This document shows positions 1 to 9,682 of a stretch of 64,000 nt of DNA, piece by piece. The position numbers and the translations under genes are program-made. The DNA lies in NCBI GenBank assembly GCA_016839515.1, contig JAEOUE010000127.1, forward strand, positions 28,014 to 92,013, given 5' to 3'. Source of the stretch: Candidatus Hodarchaeum mangrovi (lineage in GTDB: Archaea > Asgardarchaeota > Heimdallarchaeia > Hodarchaeales > Hodarchaeaceae). The notes below the pieces were generated by a model. The model worked only from the letters and a program-made list of their open reading frames with translations. It did no database searches and had not been told where the DNA came from. Within the stretch, counting starts at the first letter, position 1. Each line of letters begins with the position of its first letter.

Positions 1-201
1 TTTGTTATATATACTTCCCCTATGACGGGTTATTTAATTGGTTTAGGAATTAGATTTTTTATGGTAATAAGTAATCCCTTCTCGCTTTTAAATTTGGACC
101 AAGAGCACAGATTACAAAAAAAGATGTATCTTCTTTCCCGAGGTATATTGAATTCAAATTTTCATCAAATCTCACAACTTGAAATACATATTCCAGTGTG
201 A
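1..201 (+). CDS. 3' end of a hypothetical protein truncated by the window edge
   Basis: Frame 1 is open from base 1 to TGA at 199-201 (FVIYTSPMTG...LEIHIPV*), ending 6 bp before the next CDS. Confidence 0.55.
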   Translation, partial: FVIYTSPMTGYLIGLGIRFFMVISNPFSLLNLDQEHRLQKKMYLLSRGILNSNFHQISQLEIHIPV

Positions 202-207
202 TAACCT

Positions 208-1011
208 GTGTTTTTCGTCACTCCTTCTTTTTTAAAAGAATTTAATAGATGTCCTCATGCTTTTTATTTACGAAGAATACAACACTTTGAATTAGGCTTC
301 TCAAAGGAAGTTGAAATGGAAATAATAGCATATCGAAAGATAGAAGAATATACGAAAGCATTTTTCACCATCTTATTTAATCCACCTTTAAGTTACTCAG
401 TTATCACTCATAGAGAAGAGATATCATATCTCTTAAAGGCAAGATTAACTTACAATTACTCATTAGAATCTTTGAACGAATTACTTGTTAGAAAATGTTT
501 TAGCTTTCTCGGATGGTTAATACAAGAACTTTGGGTTATGTTACCAAAAAATAAAAGACACCAAAAATATATTCATCCAAATAAAATTTATGAACTAATA
601 TTATCAGATCGATTGAAATTAAAAGGATGCCCTTCTCTAGTATTTTTACATCCAAATAATACTTATTTGCTTGTAATTCAATCTTTTAACTCGAATCCAA
701 TCTCAAATCGTCTTATAATTTCACAAGCTGCCATCTATTCCCAAATCTTATGGCAAAATGACAAAATAAAATCGAATGATTTTCTATATATCGATTATCA
801 GAGCAATCTAATCATTTATAGGAAATTTGTGCAAAAAGACTATCAAATTCTTTCAGATTTCCTTCAAGAATTTCATGATACCATTGAAGATGAATTATTT
901 GATTCTCCAAACACTAATAATTGTAAAACATGTGAATTCAGGCTAATATGTGAATTAACTGGTGATAAAAATCTCAACAATAATAGACTTAATTTTAGAA
1001 GGTTTTCTTGA
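208..1011 (+). CDS. Cas4/AddB-like PD-(D/E)XK-fold protein with Fe-S cysteines, nuclease site degenerate
   Basis: N-terminal RCPHAFY and C-terminal CKTCEFRLIC (1+3 Cys pattern); QAAIY motif retained; the expected GxxD and (D/E)xK residues read GCPS and VIQS. Confidence 0.7.
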   Translation: MFFVTPSFLKEFNRCPHAFYLRRIQHFELGFSKEVEMEIIAYRKIEEYTKAFFTILFNPPLSYSVITHREEISYLLKARLTYNYSLESLNELLVRKCFSFLGWLIQELWVMLPKNKRHQKYIHPNKIYELILSDRLKLKGCPSLVFLHPNNTYLLVIQSFNSNPISNRLIISQAAIYSQILWQNDKIKSNDFLYIDYQSNLIIYRKFVQKDYQILSDFLQEFHDTIEDELFDSPNTNNCKTCEFRLICELTGDKNLNNNRLNFRRFS

Positions 1012-1834
1012 TTTTCTTGTCTGGTACGCAGGAGAATTAAGTGGACCAGATATTATACTTATAGTATCTCATCAAGTATCTTACTATATAATTCTACAAA
1101 TAAAATTAATCCTATTCCCTTTCATAAAACGACTATTAAATTATTTATTTTTTCCATTTAGATGGATTCATGTCTATTTCCATATAACTGCTGCTAAAGA
1201 AATTTTAAATGAATTAGAGAAGAAAATAGAACAAGAAGATTTGGACCCGCTTCTTGATTCAGCCAATCTACGAGCTAGCTTAATTTCGGGATTAGATATT
1301 CCTGATGAGAACCCTGGATTGCTATTATCATTAAATAGATTGGAGCATGCAAAACGTGTAGTTTTTGCTCCTAGTCGCTTTGCATTAATAGCTTTTATCG
1401 CATATCTCTTAGTTTCACCTATTCTATTATCTAACAAAATTGTTTCTACCCAGCTTGGGGCACTAATTCATTTATATTTTTTCATTGGAATTTTTAGCGT
1501 TTTGATGCCTTCTATTAATGATTATTACTTTCTCTTCCATACTCTTCTTTTAGAGATGAATATTCCTTCAAAATATTTTTATATGTCAATTATTGTCTAT
1601 ATAATAGTCATTTTCGATACAGTTTGGCGAACTACTGACTTTTTTCTCTCTGTTTTAATAGGAACTATCTTTTTTATTGCCTATTTAATAGGATTATTTA
1701 TAATAGGGTATTTGGGTCAAATCAGGAAAGGAAAGAATTCAGCTATCTATTGGCTTCCTCTAAAAAGCTTACGAGAACTTATCTCGAAAGAATCAGAAAT
1801 AGATTTCCTTTCAATCGAAGATTTGGATCTATAA
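962..1834 (+). CDS. Multi-pass membrane protein, unknown function
   Basis: 290-aa ORF with several hydrophobic helices; HVYFH near the N-terminus loosely resembles a degenerate HExxH. Confidence 0.7.
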   Translation: MIKISTIIDLILEGFLDFLVWYAGELSGPDIILIVSHQVSYYIILQIKLILFPFIKRLLNYLFFPFRWIHVYFHITAAKEILNELEKKIEQEDLDPLLDSANLRASLISGLDIPDENPGLLLSLNRLEHAKRVVFAPSRFALIAFIAYLLVSPILLSNKIVSTQLGALIHLYFFIGIFSVLMPSINDYYFLFHTLLLEMNIPSKYFYMSIIVYIIVIFDTVWRTTDFFLSVLIGTIFFIAYLIGLFIIGYLGQIRKGKNSAIYWLPLKSLRELISKESEIDFLSIEDLDL

Positions 1835-1842
1835 ATTTTCTT

Positions 1843-2547
1843 TTATGGAAGCAGAGAGCTTTGAGATGATCCTATCGATATGTTAAACAATTTTAATGTA
1901 ACTCTAAAGGTGGTATTTACTTTTTCAATAAAAAAATGAATAGGTGAGAAATCATGCAATAAGGTTCCATAAATATTCGAATTTTCGGATTTATTTTCAA
2001 TATCTGTTTTGTAGACAGTTGTTAAGATTGGTACTTTAGAATTTTCAGCAAGATATTTGAGATCAAGAAGATGTTCGAATATTCTTCTACTCCAGAATAT
2101 TTTTTCTTTGTGAAAATACTTTAGAAAATTAAGTGGAGATCCAAATAACGTATCAATAATGATCAAATTAAACAAACAATTTGATTCTGTGAGTTCACGA
2201 AAATAAATTAGCTGTTCTAAAAGTGTTTCAGGACTGATAAAGGTTATGCTTTCTAACTTATCAGATGATAAGAATCTGGAAAAAATAGAGTAGCGAAGAT
2301 TCCCAGAATGATCACAATAAAGAATTTTGATTTTTCTATCTTTTTTAAATGCCTGTAAAATACCTTGAAGACAAAAGCGCGACTTTCCACCCCCTGTATC
2401 TCCCCAAATAGTATGAATAAATCCAGGAATTAAACCTCCAATCTTCATATCAATAATATCAATCTCGAGAGGTATCGCATTTGTAGGATTCCAAAGTGAT
2501 ATTAGATTGTCAAATGACTGTAAATGTAAAGTGACCAGCTCATTCAC
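1843..2547 (-). CDS. RadB/Rad51-paralogue-like RecA-fold ATPase
   Basis: IGGLIPG, Walker A GDTGGGKS, ILYCD, Walker B LIIIDT; no N-terminal HhH domain. Confidence 0.8.
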   Translation of the reverse strand: MNELVTLHLQSFDNLISLWNPTNAIPLEIDIIDMKIGGLIPGFIHTIWGDTGGGKSRFCLQGILQAFKKDRKIKILYCDHSGNLRYSIFSRFLSSDKLESITFISPETLLEQLIYFRELTESNCLFNLIIIDTLFGSPLNFLKYFHKEKIFWSRRIFEHLLDLKYLAENSKVPILTTVYKTDIENKSENSNIYGTLLHDFSPIHFFIEKVNTTFRVTLKLFNISIGSSQSSLLP

Positions 2548-2971
2548 CTATTAAATCAATAGTTGTTGAATTAAGAATTTGAATTGACTTATTTCGGGTC
2601 AATAACAGAATATTAAAAGTTTCGGATAATTTTGAAAGATAAAATTCAATTTCAGGAAGAATATGATAGTAATGGAACATATTAATACAAATCGTAAAAA
2701 AATTATACTTTTTAGAACTTTGTAAATTTCCAGATTTAATTATTTCATTCAATAATTCTTCTGAATGTACATTGAGAAAGAAAAAATGAGAGGGACTAAA
2801 ATCTTGCGTTTCAAAGAGTGTATAAAATTCAGGAAGTTGAATGATTTGATAATCTATCCACAAGATTTTAGGAATTAGTAAATTTGACAGTTTAGTAAAT
2901 AAATGTTTAAGAGAATCCTTATATTCTCCAATCAGTAAATAAATATGTTTTTGGGGTAATGCTTCATCCAT
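2540..2971 (-). CDS. Hypothetical protein, possible truncated inactive RecA-fold protein
   Basis: IYLLIGE...KILWID pattern resembles RecA strands 1-2 without GKT/S; overlaps the start of the RadB-like gene. Confidence 0.5.
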   Translation of the reverse strand: MDEALPQKHIYLLIGEYKDSLKHLFTKLSNLLIPKILWIDYQIIQLPEFYTLFETQDFSPSHFFFLNVHSEELLNEIIKSGNLQSSKKYNFFTICINMFHYYHILPEIEFYLSKLSETFNILLLTRNKSIQILNSTTIDLIGE

Positions 2972-2981
2972 TCAAACTATC

Positions 2982-4022
2982 TCAATAATTATTATCTTGA
3001 TTTACTGGATTTAGAATTTCCTTTTCCTGTTGAACCACCATTTCTTGGTAAGCATAATAATAAGGAAATACAAACAAAATAAAAATTAAAACGGGCAACA
3101 TGATCCATCCTGGGATTGGGTGGTTAATAGGAAGAAAATTAGAGTGAGAATCTTTCTGAAATACTCCAGATAGTTTTAATTCTATCCTAACTGCTTTGGC
3201 ACTATCAAATCCATTATAATCTGGCTTAATTAAAATAAGAACTTCATTTATTGGATTAATTTCGGAACTAGATAAGGAATAATTGATAATAAGGGTATGG
3301 TCACCGATTCCATAATACCTTTGCTGATTAACTGTCACTGAATCAATTTCCAATTGGGTAAGTGTGATACGTAATGTACATAGCAATGAAAAATCAGTGG
3401 GAGGAGGTACTACAAATAAATATGAATGAATCGCTAGACTTTTCTCAAGAAATGTATATTTTTCTGGTTCAACAATAAAATATTGACTTGCTGGAAATAT
3501 ATCCAGAGAACTTAATTCCAACGGATTATAATAATCCATAGTAATAAGCTCAGCATTTATAATTTGAAAATTAATATTGGAAGTTCTCCAATTTATAGTA
3601 GGGTCTAATATTAAAGTTATAGAAAGCTTTAAGGAGTTTTCTGTTACACTCCCGAGAGGAAGATACAGTTGTTGAGCTAAAGAAAATTGATAGGATTCAC
3701 TTTCAGATAGAGAGATTTTCTCCATCAAATAAAATGTTCTTGTTTTGAATTGACCATTAATCTTTGCTTGAAGGGTTACACTACTTATAGGTTCACCATG
3801 GTTCTGAACAGTAAAATTTAATAAAACTATTTCTCTAGATCTAGTTAAAAGTACACTACGAATATATTCTTGATCCACTGTCGAAATTTGTTCATTAATA
3901 TAAAGATTATATCGATCTATTACATTCAGATTAGTTTGTTCATTCCCTAGAACAACTTGGATACCAGAACTTACTAAAAAACTAATAACAAGAAAAAAAG
4001 TAAAAATTTCGATTCTTTTCAT
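2982..4022 (-). CDS. Secreted beta-rich protein with C-terminal transmembrane anchor
   Basis: N-terminal signal peptide; IPGW followed by a TM helix near the C-terminus. Confidence 0.75.
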   Translation of the reverse strand: MKRIEIFTFFLVISFLVSSGIQVVLGNEQTNLNVIDRYNLYINEQISTVDQEYIRSVLLTRSREIVLLNFTVQNHGEPISSVTLQAKINGQFKTRTFYLMEKISLSESESYQFSLAQQLYLPLGSVTENSLKLSITLILDPTINWRTSNINFQIINAELITMDYYNPLELSSLDIFPASQYFIVEPEKYTFLEKSLAIHSYLFVVPPPTDFSLLCTLRITLTQLEIDSVTVNQQRYYGIGDHTLIINYSLSSSEINPINEVLILIKPDYNGFDSAKAVRIELKLSGVFQKDSHSNFLPINHPIPGWIMLPVLIFILFVFPYYYAYQEMVVQQEKEILNPVNQDNNY

Positions 4023-4594
4023 TAAATAATTCCCTCTAAAGTTATTAATATTAAACTAGAAAGATTTAGTGCTATTAAGAATAATCCTCCCCTAAAGAAA
4101 AAGGAGTTTGTTCTTTTTTCATTCTTATTCCACTTTGATAATGAGAAATACCGCCCATTCGAGAATTCTTTCCATACATAGTGCTTGACAGGATGGTTTG
4201 AAAATATCGATGTTTTTCCAAGAGGGATACCTGGAGCTGAAAAAGCGTCTAAAATCAAGTGGGAAATCCAGCTGATGAGAGCTAACCAAATTAGAACAGA
4301 AAAATCGGATCCCTCAGTTATATAGATTAATGGAAGAAAATATAGGACTGTTAGAGGTGAATGGGAGAGAGGATGACGATATTGAGTTAATGTAAATCGT
4401 TGGCTAAGATTAATTCTCTCAAATTTTGGACTAAAACCCAGATTCATATCAAGATAATTAGGAACGAGACTAAGAAAACCCAAAGGATATGATAGTAGAA
4501 AATAGAACCATAATTCAATAGTATCATGAATAAACGTTGACAGAAAGATGTTCATTAGCGCAACAGCGAAGGTTAGATGAGTTTGATTTTTCAT
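4022..4594 (-). CDS. YdjM-like membrane metal-dependent hydrolase
   Basis: Motifs QTH, PNYLD, RHPLSHS, SHLILD..S..G, plus TM helices. Confidence 0.75.
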   Translation of the reverse strand: MKNQTHLTFAVALMNIFLSTFIHDTIELWFYFLLSYPLGFLSLVPNYLDMNLGFSPKFERINLSQRFTLTQYRHPLSHSPLTVLYFLPLIYITEGSDFSVLIWLALISWISHLILDAFSAPGIPLGKTSIFSNHPVKHYVWKEFSNGRYFSLSKWNKNEKRTNSFFFRGGLFLIALNLSSLILITLEGII

Positions 4595-4598
4595 AGGA

Positions 4599-7500
4599 TT
4601 AATCTCGCCTCCTTCGTTTAAATAATCTTCCCCCTATAACTGTAATTGCGAAAATAATACCTGAAAGACCTATTTCAAATAATGGATTGTTTGTAAAATT
4701 ATTAATGAAGGATTTAAGATTTGAGGAACTTTCCTTGATATAAGAAGAACTCATTGATTCAGTTGTAGATATAAAAATAGTTAAAGAGTCTAAAACCAAC
4801 TCACACTCCTGATTTATATCATCAAATACTCTAATAATAACAGAATAATACCCCTGAGCTAAATATATACCAAAAAAGTAATGAGTTCCATTGTAGGATG
4901 GATTATTAAATCTTAATTCATTAATATCAATAGTAATAGACTTAACTGCATAATCATCAATAATTTCAAACGCAAAATACCAGTACTGCTCAAAATATCT
5001 ATCATTTTCTGGAATATGATTGATGGAATATGATTTGATTTGAGGAGGATAATCAGAGTTATTGAACAATCCGTGATATGCATTAACACATCCAGTTATG
5101 TCCTCAATGAAAATAGAATAGTTCCAAACTCCTGGATAAAGATCAGGGGTTTCAATTTCCCAATCAAAGTATAATCCAGAAAGCGATGAATACGTTAAAA
5201 CTCCTCTGCCCTGTATTTCTGAAGTTGAATTAGATAATATTATCTTAACAGATTCAGTATTAATAGATGAATTTTGTTTAAAACCCCTTAGTTCTAATAT
5301 AAATGAATTTCTACTAACAATAAAACTATCAATTTCAATGTTGGGAGCATACCAAGTTGATTTGTAAAAGAATTTTCCAGATGGTTGAGAATTATCCCAT
5401 GGATACCAAACTAGAATTTCAAAGGTATAATTATTTGGAGATAAAGGCAAGTTTGATACCCAACGATTCCAAAAAGGTTCAAAAGTTAATGGATAGATTG
5501 AATCATCAATAATTAGCTTAACCTGATCCACAGGAAGTGAATAAGAGTTGATTCTTAAAAAAAATTCATAAAACGATCCTTGGTAATTTATACTAATAGT
5601 ATCTAGGATAGGATCAAGTGGATTCCATTCAAGATTGAATAACCGAAGGTCATATTTGTTATTCACTGTACAGGCAAAAATGGTAATTTCCCAAATTCCT
5701 GGAGTGGGTAAGACAATTGAAGCACGATAATTTTGGTAAAAAGAACTCCAGTGAAGAATCGATATCATGCTTCCATTGATAAGAACACCAGCTTGAGCAA
5801 AGTCAGGATTAGCAACAACCTCTGCTTGGATTAAATAACCCCCAGTTTCATTTATTTTTGTTAGTGTGGGATTAAGTAGTAATTCAATTGCTTCAACAAT
5901 GGAAAAAATAATTTTTTTTGTTTTGAAGTTTCTTGCTTCATCAAATGCCCAAACTTGTAATTCATAGGAACCAAAACTGAGAACTAGCGAAATTGGCTGA
6001 TTATAGGTCTGATTATAGGTATGAACTCCTATAATATTCCATAGAATTGTTGTACCATTCGTAGAAAATGAAATCAAGATTTCCCCTGTATAGGATTGAT
6101 TATGGGGGGAATAGACTTTAAGACTTGGAGGGATAGTATCAATACTGAAATATGCACGCTTTATCACATAATTCCCAGCAGGGTCAGATACTTTCACTGT
6201 GAGATTGTATGAGCCATCATCCAAGGTGAGTTCCATTTCGTTATAACCAATAATTTCTCCATCTAGGAACAATTCTACTATATTTTCGTCTGTTAGATAT
6301 TTAATATGTACATTTTTCTCTCCATAGGTACAGTTTGTTGGAGAAAGAAGAGCTAATGAAGGAGAAGTTGTATCCACTGAAAAAGAAACAAACTCGTAAG
6401 TGATCATACCATCTTGATTAAAACCAAACACATGTAGGGTATAATCACCTTGACCTAATGATCGATAAGTCGTTTTCATCCAAGTAGAATTCAAACTATC
6501 AATAGGTTCAATAAAATAAGAATAATTATTCGCATTTCCCGAGAGAGCGATCTCAATTATTGAACCATAAATTTGGTTTAGAGGGGATAAAATTATCACA
6601 TTTGATGGGACTGAATGGATTATAATAATAAAAACACTACTAGTTGATTGTGAATAATAATTGGTAGAACTTAAGTTAGTTTTAACCCTAATATAATAAA
6701 TTCCTGGAGTAGAAAATAGTACGGAAAAATAAAAAGCTCCACTGCCTGAAGAAGAATCAACTTGGGTATTTGTTCCATTAATTTCAAGAATAATATCCTG
6801 ATTTGGAATAGGACCCGATACTTCACCAATTACTATCCCATCTATATTAGTGGATAAGTTAACATAAGTTTCACTTGGAACAGAAAGAGAAAGAAAGAGT
6901 TCTTCAAAAACTGTTATAGAAAGAGTCTTTTCATGATCATAAACGAAAGGGGCGGTAGAAATTACTTTAAGAGTCTTAATTCCGCGAGAAAAAAAGGTAT
7001 AAGAATAATTATACACACCTGCAGGTTGCCAGTCTTTCCATAACTGATTTGTAATCCAAATCTGAAATTGTTCATTACAGGTTACTTTAAAATAAAAAGG
7101 GTTGTTGACATTTCCATTAGTACTTGCTTGAATTGTAATCTGAGGGATCATCCATATCTCTGAATAGTCATATTTTGTATTAAATGGACCAACAGCTCGT
7201 ATGGTAATAGGTCCTTTATATAAAGTAGGTACAGACCAATTATAAGATCCAAATCCAGTTGCATTAAGTTTGATGGAACTGATTGGAGTCCATACAGATT
7301 CTCCACTTATTTGCCAAGAAAGATTCACAAGATCACTCAATCCACCAGCTAGTAAAATCACCGTCCATTTTCCTCCTACAATCTCTGAATCTATAAAGAT
7401 CGATAATGGAGGTCTTACGGTGAAGCTAAGAATAGGTTTATTTATAGATGAATAGAATAATTTGACTGGATTACCATTGTACTTGAACTCAATTAAATGT

Positions 7501-9392
7501 AACCCAATTTGAGCAGAACCTGTTATCACATAATCAAATAAAAAAATTCCTTCTTCATTGGTAATATTTGATCCTAAGGTACTTCCTGAAGTAGTATCAG
7601 TTATGGTTATTATCTCATTGATTAGTTTTGTACCCAATTCATCAACTAATTGTCCCCATAATCGGATTGTCTGTCCCTTGACGACTTCAGATGTATTACA
7701 TCCGATATTTTCAAAGTGAGGATTAGAAAAAATAGTTAGATAAAAATATTCGATATGAGAGTCATATCGTTGTGAACCTGAATATAAAACAACATAAGGA
7801 GAGATACCAAGGGGATGAGACAAGGGAATTTGATATTCGATTTCAACTCCGGGTGTACAGTTTTTCGTTTGAATAATTGATCCGTTTAAGAAAGTAAGAG
7901 AAATTTGTCCTTCACTAAGAGCCATAGCCCCAGAAAGAACAGTAACTTGAATAATAGTTAATGAATTTCTTGCTATACTAGTTTCATACGTTAAATCAAA
8001 AATTGTATTTCCTTTTACGATAAGAATGAAACTCTTTGTTGTATTCATCAAATAAGGAATTAACGAATGTGTGTGAAAAGCAAAGTGATGACTCCCAACT
8101 GTTGCATTTTGAGGAATTACGTATTCAATAGTTACAAAACCATCCTGATTGGTAGATTTATTAACAATTGAATAATCATCAGTAATATCAAATAATTCAA
8201 TTCTACATTCGACAGGATGTGTGTGTATATCATCTTCAGTTGCATATATAGAAAAACGTACAGTCTCTCCTTGTCGAAATTCAGAGCTATTAGTTACATA
8301 TTCAATTCGAATTTGATCCACAATATCGATATATGAAGAGACATTGGCATAAACATGATTATTACTTGGATCCAACAGCTCTGTCATAATTTGAAGATTC
8401 CCAATGGGAACAGAGCTATTTGGGTTGAAGAGATTCGTTATTGTACGTGAAGACACTAGATTCCGAGCAAATTCAAAAACTTGTGAAGTTTGATAGAAAG
8501 ACCGTAATACTAACCCAAAAGGATGATCACCAAGAATAATCGTGGTAAGCTCAAGCTGATCAATATTTCGTTGAAGCATCGAGGAGTTTAACGTTTGACT
8601 CAATGTAAATCCATTACTCATTACTGTAACAGGAATTAATGGAGAAGTGGAGGGTTGTGTCATACTTTGATCGCTTCCTGTATATTCAGCTAGGATGAAA
8701 TTAATCCCCAGTGGAGTAAATATAGGAAATATATAATCAAAAGAAAAATTATAAGTTGTTGGATCAGAACCCGCTATATAAGGGAGTGGTCCATAGGTAT
8801 GAATGACAGGATTGCCAGAGAGGTTCAAATTTCGAACAAACACATAACCATCTTTAAAGAACCAACTATAAGGAATAATAACTTCAATGGTTATAGTAAG
8901 TGATGCATTTTTATAAACAACAGAGGAATTAAGAGAAAGAGAAGTGGAAGTGGAACGATAATCACCTGGTAGATATTCCTCAAAAATAACTTCACAGTAA
9001 TTCACAGAAGATAAATAATCCCCTGAACTAAAAAATTCCCCTTGAAAAAAATGAGTACCTAAAGGATTGGTAGAGTTAACCAACCATGTCAATTGCAACT
9101 CACCATCCAGTAAAATCCCCGATATGTATTCAGAAGTATTCAAATCAGTTACTCTAACTATTCCCGTTGAGACAGGATCATATTCATGATAAACCCAAAT
9201 AAAAAAGATTATGACATCATTTTCTTTCACTATCCCTTGAGAAGCACTAATTGTTAATTCAGTACTAATTGATAATCCAAAAACCGAAGTAAGAGAAAAA
9301 TTGGGAGTGAAGAGTGATAAGAGAAAACATCCCAATATTAAAACTCGAGATAAAATTCTCTGATTCAATCCATGCATAATATTTTTCCTCAT
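4599..9392 (-). CDS. Large cell-surface protein with tandem Ig-like domains
   Basis: 1597 aa; signal peptide; repeated beta modules (DTTSPSLALLSP, DTIPPSLKVYSP); many N-x-S/T sequons; Ser/Thr linker, TM helix and KRRRRD tail. Confidence 0.8.
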   Translation of the reverse strand: MRKNIMHGLNQRILSRVLILGCFLLSLFTPNFSLTSVFGLSISTELTISASQGIVKENDVIIFFIWVYHEYDPVSTGIVRVTDLNTSEYISGILLDGELQLTWLVNSTNPLGTHFFQGEFFSSGDYLSSVNYCEVIFEEYLPGDYRSTSTSLSLNSSVVYKNASLTITIEVIIPYSWFFKDGYVFVRNLNLSGNPVIHTYGPLPYIAGSDPTTYNFSFDYIFPIFTPLGINFILAEYTGSDQSMTQPSTSPLIPVTVMSNGFTLSQTLNSSMLQRNIDQLELTTIILGDHPFGLVLRSFYQTSQVFEFARNLVSSRTITNLFNPNSSVPIGNLQIMTELLDPSNNHVYANVSSYIDIVDQIRIEYVTNSSEFRQGETVRFSIYATEDDIHTHPVECRIELFDITDDYSIVNKSTNQDGFVTIEYVIPQNATVGSHHFAFHTHSLIPYLMNTTKSFILIVKGNTIFDLTYETSIARNSLTIIQVTVLSGAMALSEGQISLTFLNGSIIQTKNCTPGVEIEYQIPLSHPLGISPYVVLYSGSQRYDSHIEYFYLTIFSNPHFENIGCNTSEVVKGQTIRLWGQLVDELGTKLINEIITITDTTSGSTLGSNITNEEGIFLFDYVITGSAQIGLHLIEFKYNGNPVKLFYSSINKPILSFTVRPPLSIFIDSEIVGGKWTVILLAGGLSDLVNLSWQISGESVWTPISSIKLNATGFGSYNWSVPTLYKGPITIRAVGPFNTKYDYSEIWMIPQITIQASTNGNVNNPFYFKVTCNEQFQIWITNQLWKDWQPAGVYNYSYTFFSRGIKTLKVISTAPFVYDHEKTLSITVFEELFLSLSVPSETYVNLSTNIDGIVIGEVSGPIPNQDIILEINGTNTQVDSSSGSGAFYFSVLFSTPGIYYIRVKTNLSSTNYYSQSTSSVFIIIIHSVPSNVIILSPLNQIYGSIIEIALSGNANNYSYFIEPIDSLNSTWMKTTYRSLGQGDYTLHVFGFNQDGMITYEFVSFSVDTTSPSLALLSPTNCTYGEKNVHIKYLTDENIVELFLDGEIIGYNEMELTLDDGSYNLTVKVSDPAGNYVIKRAYFSIDTIPPSLKVYSPHNQSYTGEILISFSTNGTTILWNIIGVHTYNQTYNQPISLVLSFGSYELQVWAFDEARNFKTKKIIFSIVEAIELLLNPTLTKINETGGYLIQAEVVANPDFAQAGVLINGSMISILHWSSFYQNYRASIVLPTPGIWEITIFACTVNNKYDLRLFNLEWNPLDPILDTISINYQGSFYEFFLRINSYSLPVDQVKLIIDDSIYPLTFEPFWNRWVSNLPLSPNNYTFEILVWYPWDNSQPSGKFFYKSTWYAPNIEIDSFIVSRNSFILELRGFKQNSSINTESVKIILSNSTSEIQGRGVLTYSSLSGLYFDWEIETPDLYPGVWNYSIFIEDITGCVNAYHGLFNNSDYPPQIKSYSINHIPENDRYFEQYWYFAFEIIDDYAVKSITIDINELRFNNPSYNGTHYFFGIYLAQGYYSVIIRVFDDINQECELVLDSLTIFISTTESMSSSYIKESSSNLKSFINNFTNNPLFEIGLSGIIFAITVIGGRLFKRRRRD

Positions 9393-9634
9393 TAGTAATC
9401 TGGATTTTAATTTAAATATTAATAATCTAAAAATTATATTAATATATAAATACTATAAATATAAATCAATAATCAAGTAAAATATCCAATTGTCAACTAG
9501 TTTGAATATTTAAAACCCCCCACTATCCTAAATCTTAAATTGAGAATAAAAAATATCAATCTTTCACAGAGATTAGTAATTATAGATTTAATAGGACATA
9601 GGAATTGAATTAATCCTTTTTACAATTTTTTTGA

Positions 9635-9681
9635 TATATAAAGCAAGTGCTTAATCTAGTATGAATTATAATTTTAATTCA
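9635..9681 (+). promoter_or_regulatory. Putative radA TATA box and downstream inverted repeat
   Basis: TATATAAA at 9635-9642; TGAATTA-N6-TAATTCA at 9662-9681. Weak because the region is very AT-rich. Confidence 0.3.
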
Positions 9682-9682
9682 G

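Noticed and set aside
208-1011. CRISPR-Cas locus implied by the Cas4-like gene
   Set aside because: No repeat-spacer array and no cas1/cas2 or effector genes in the window.
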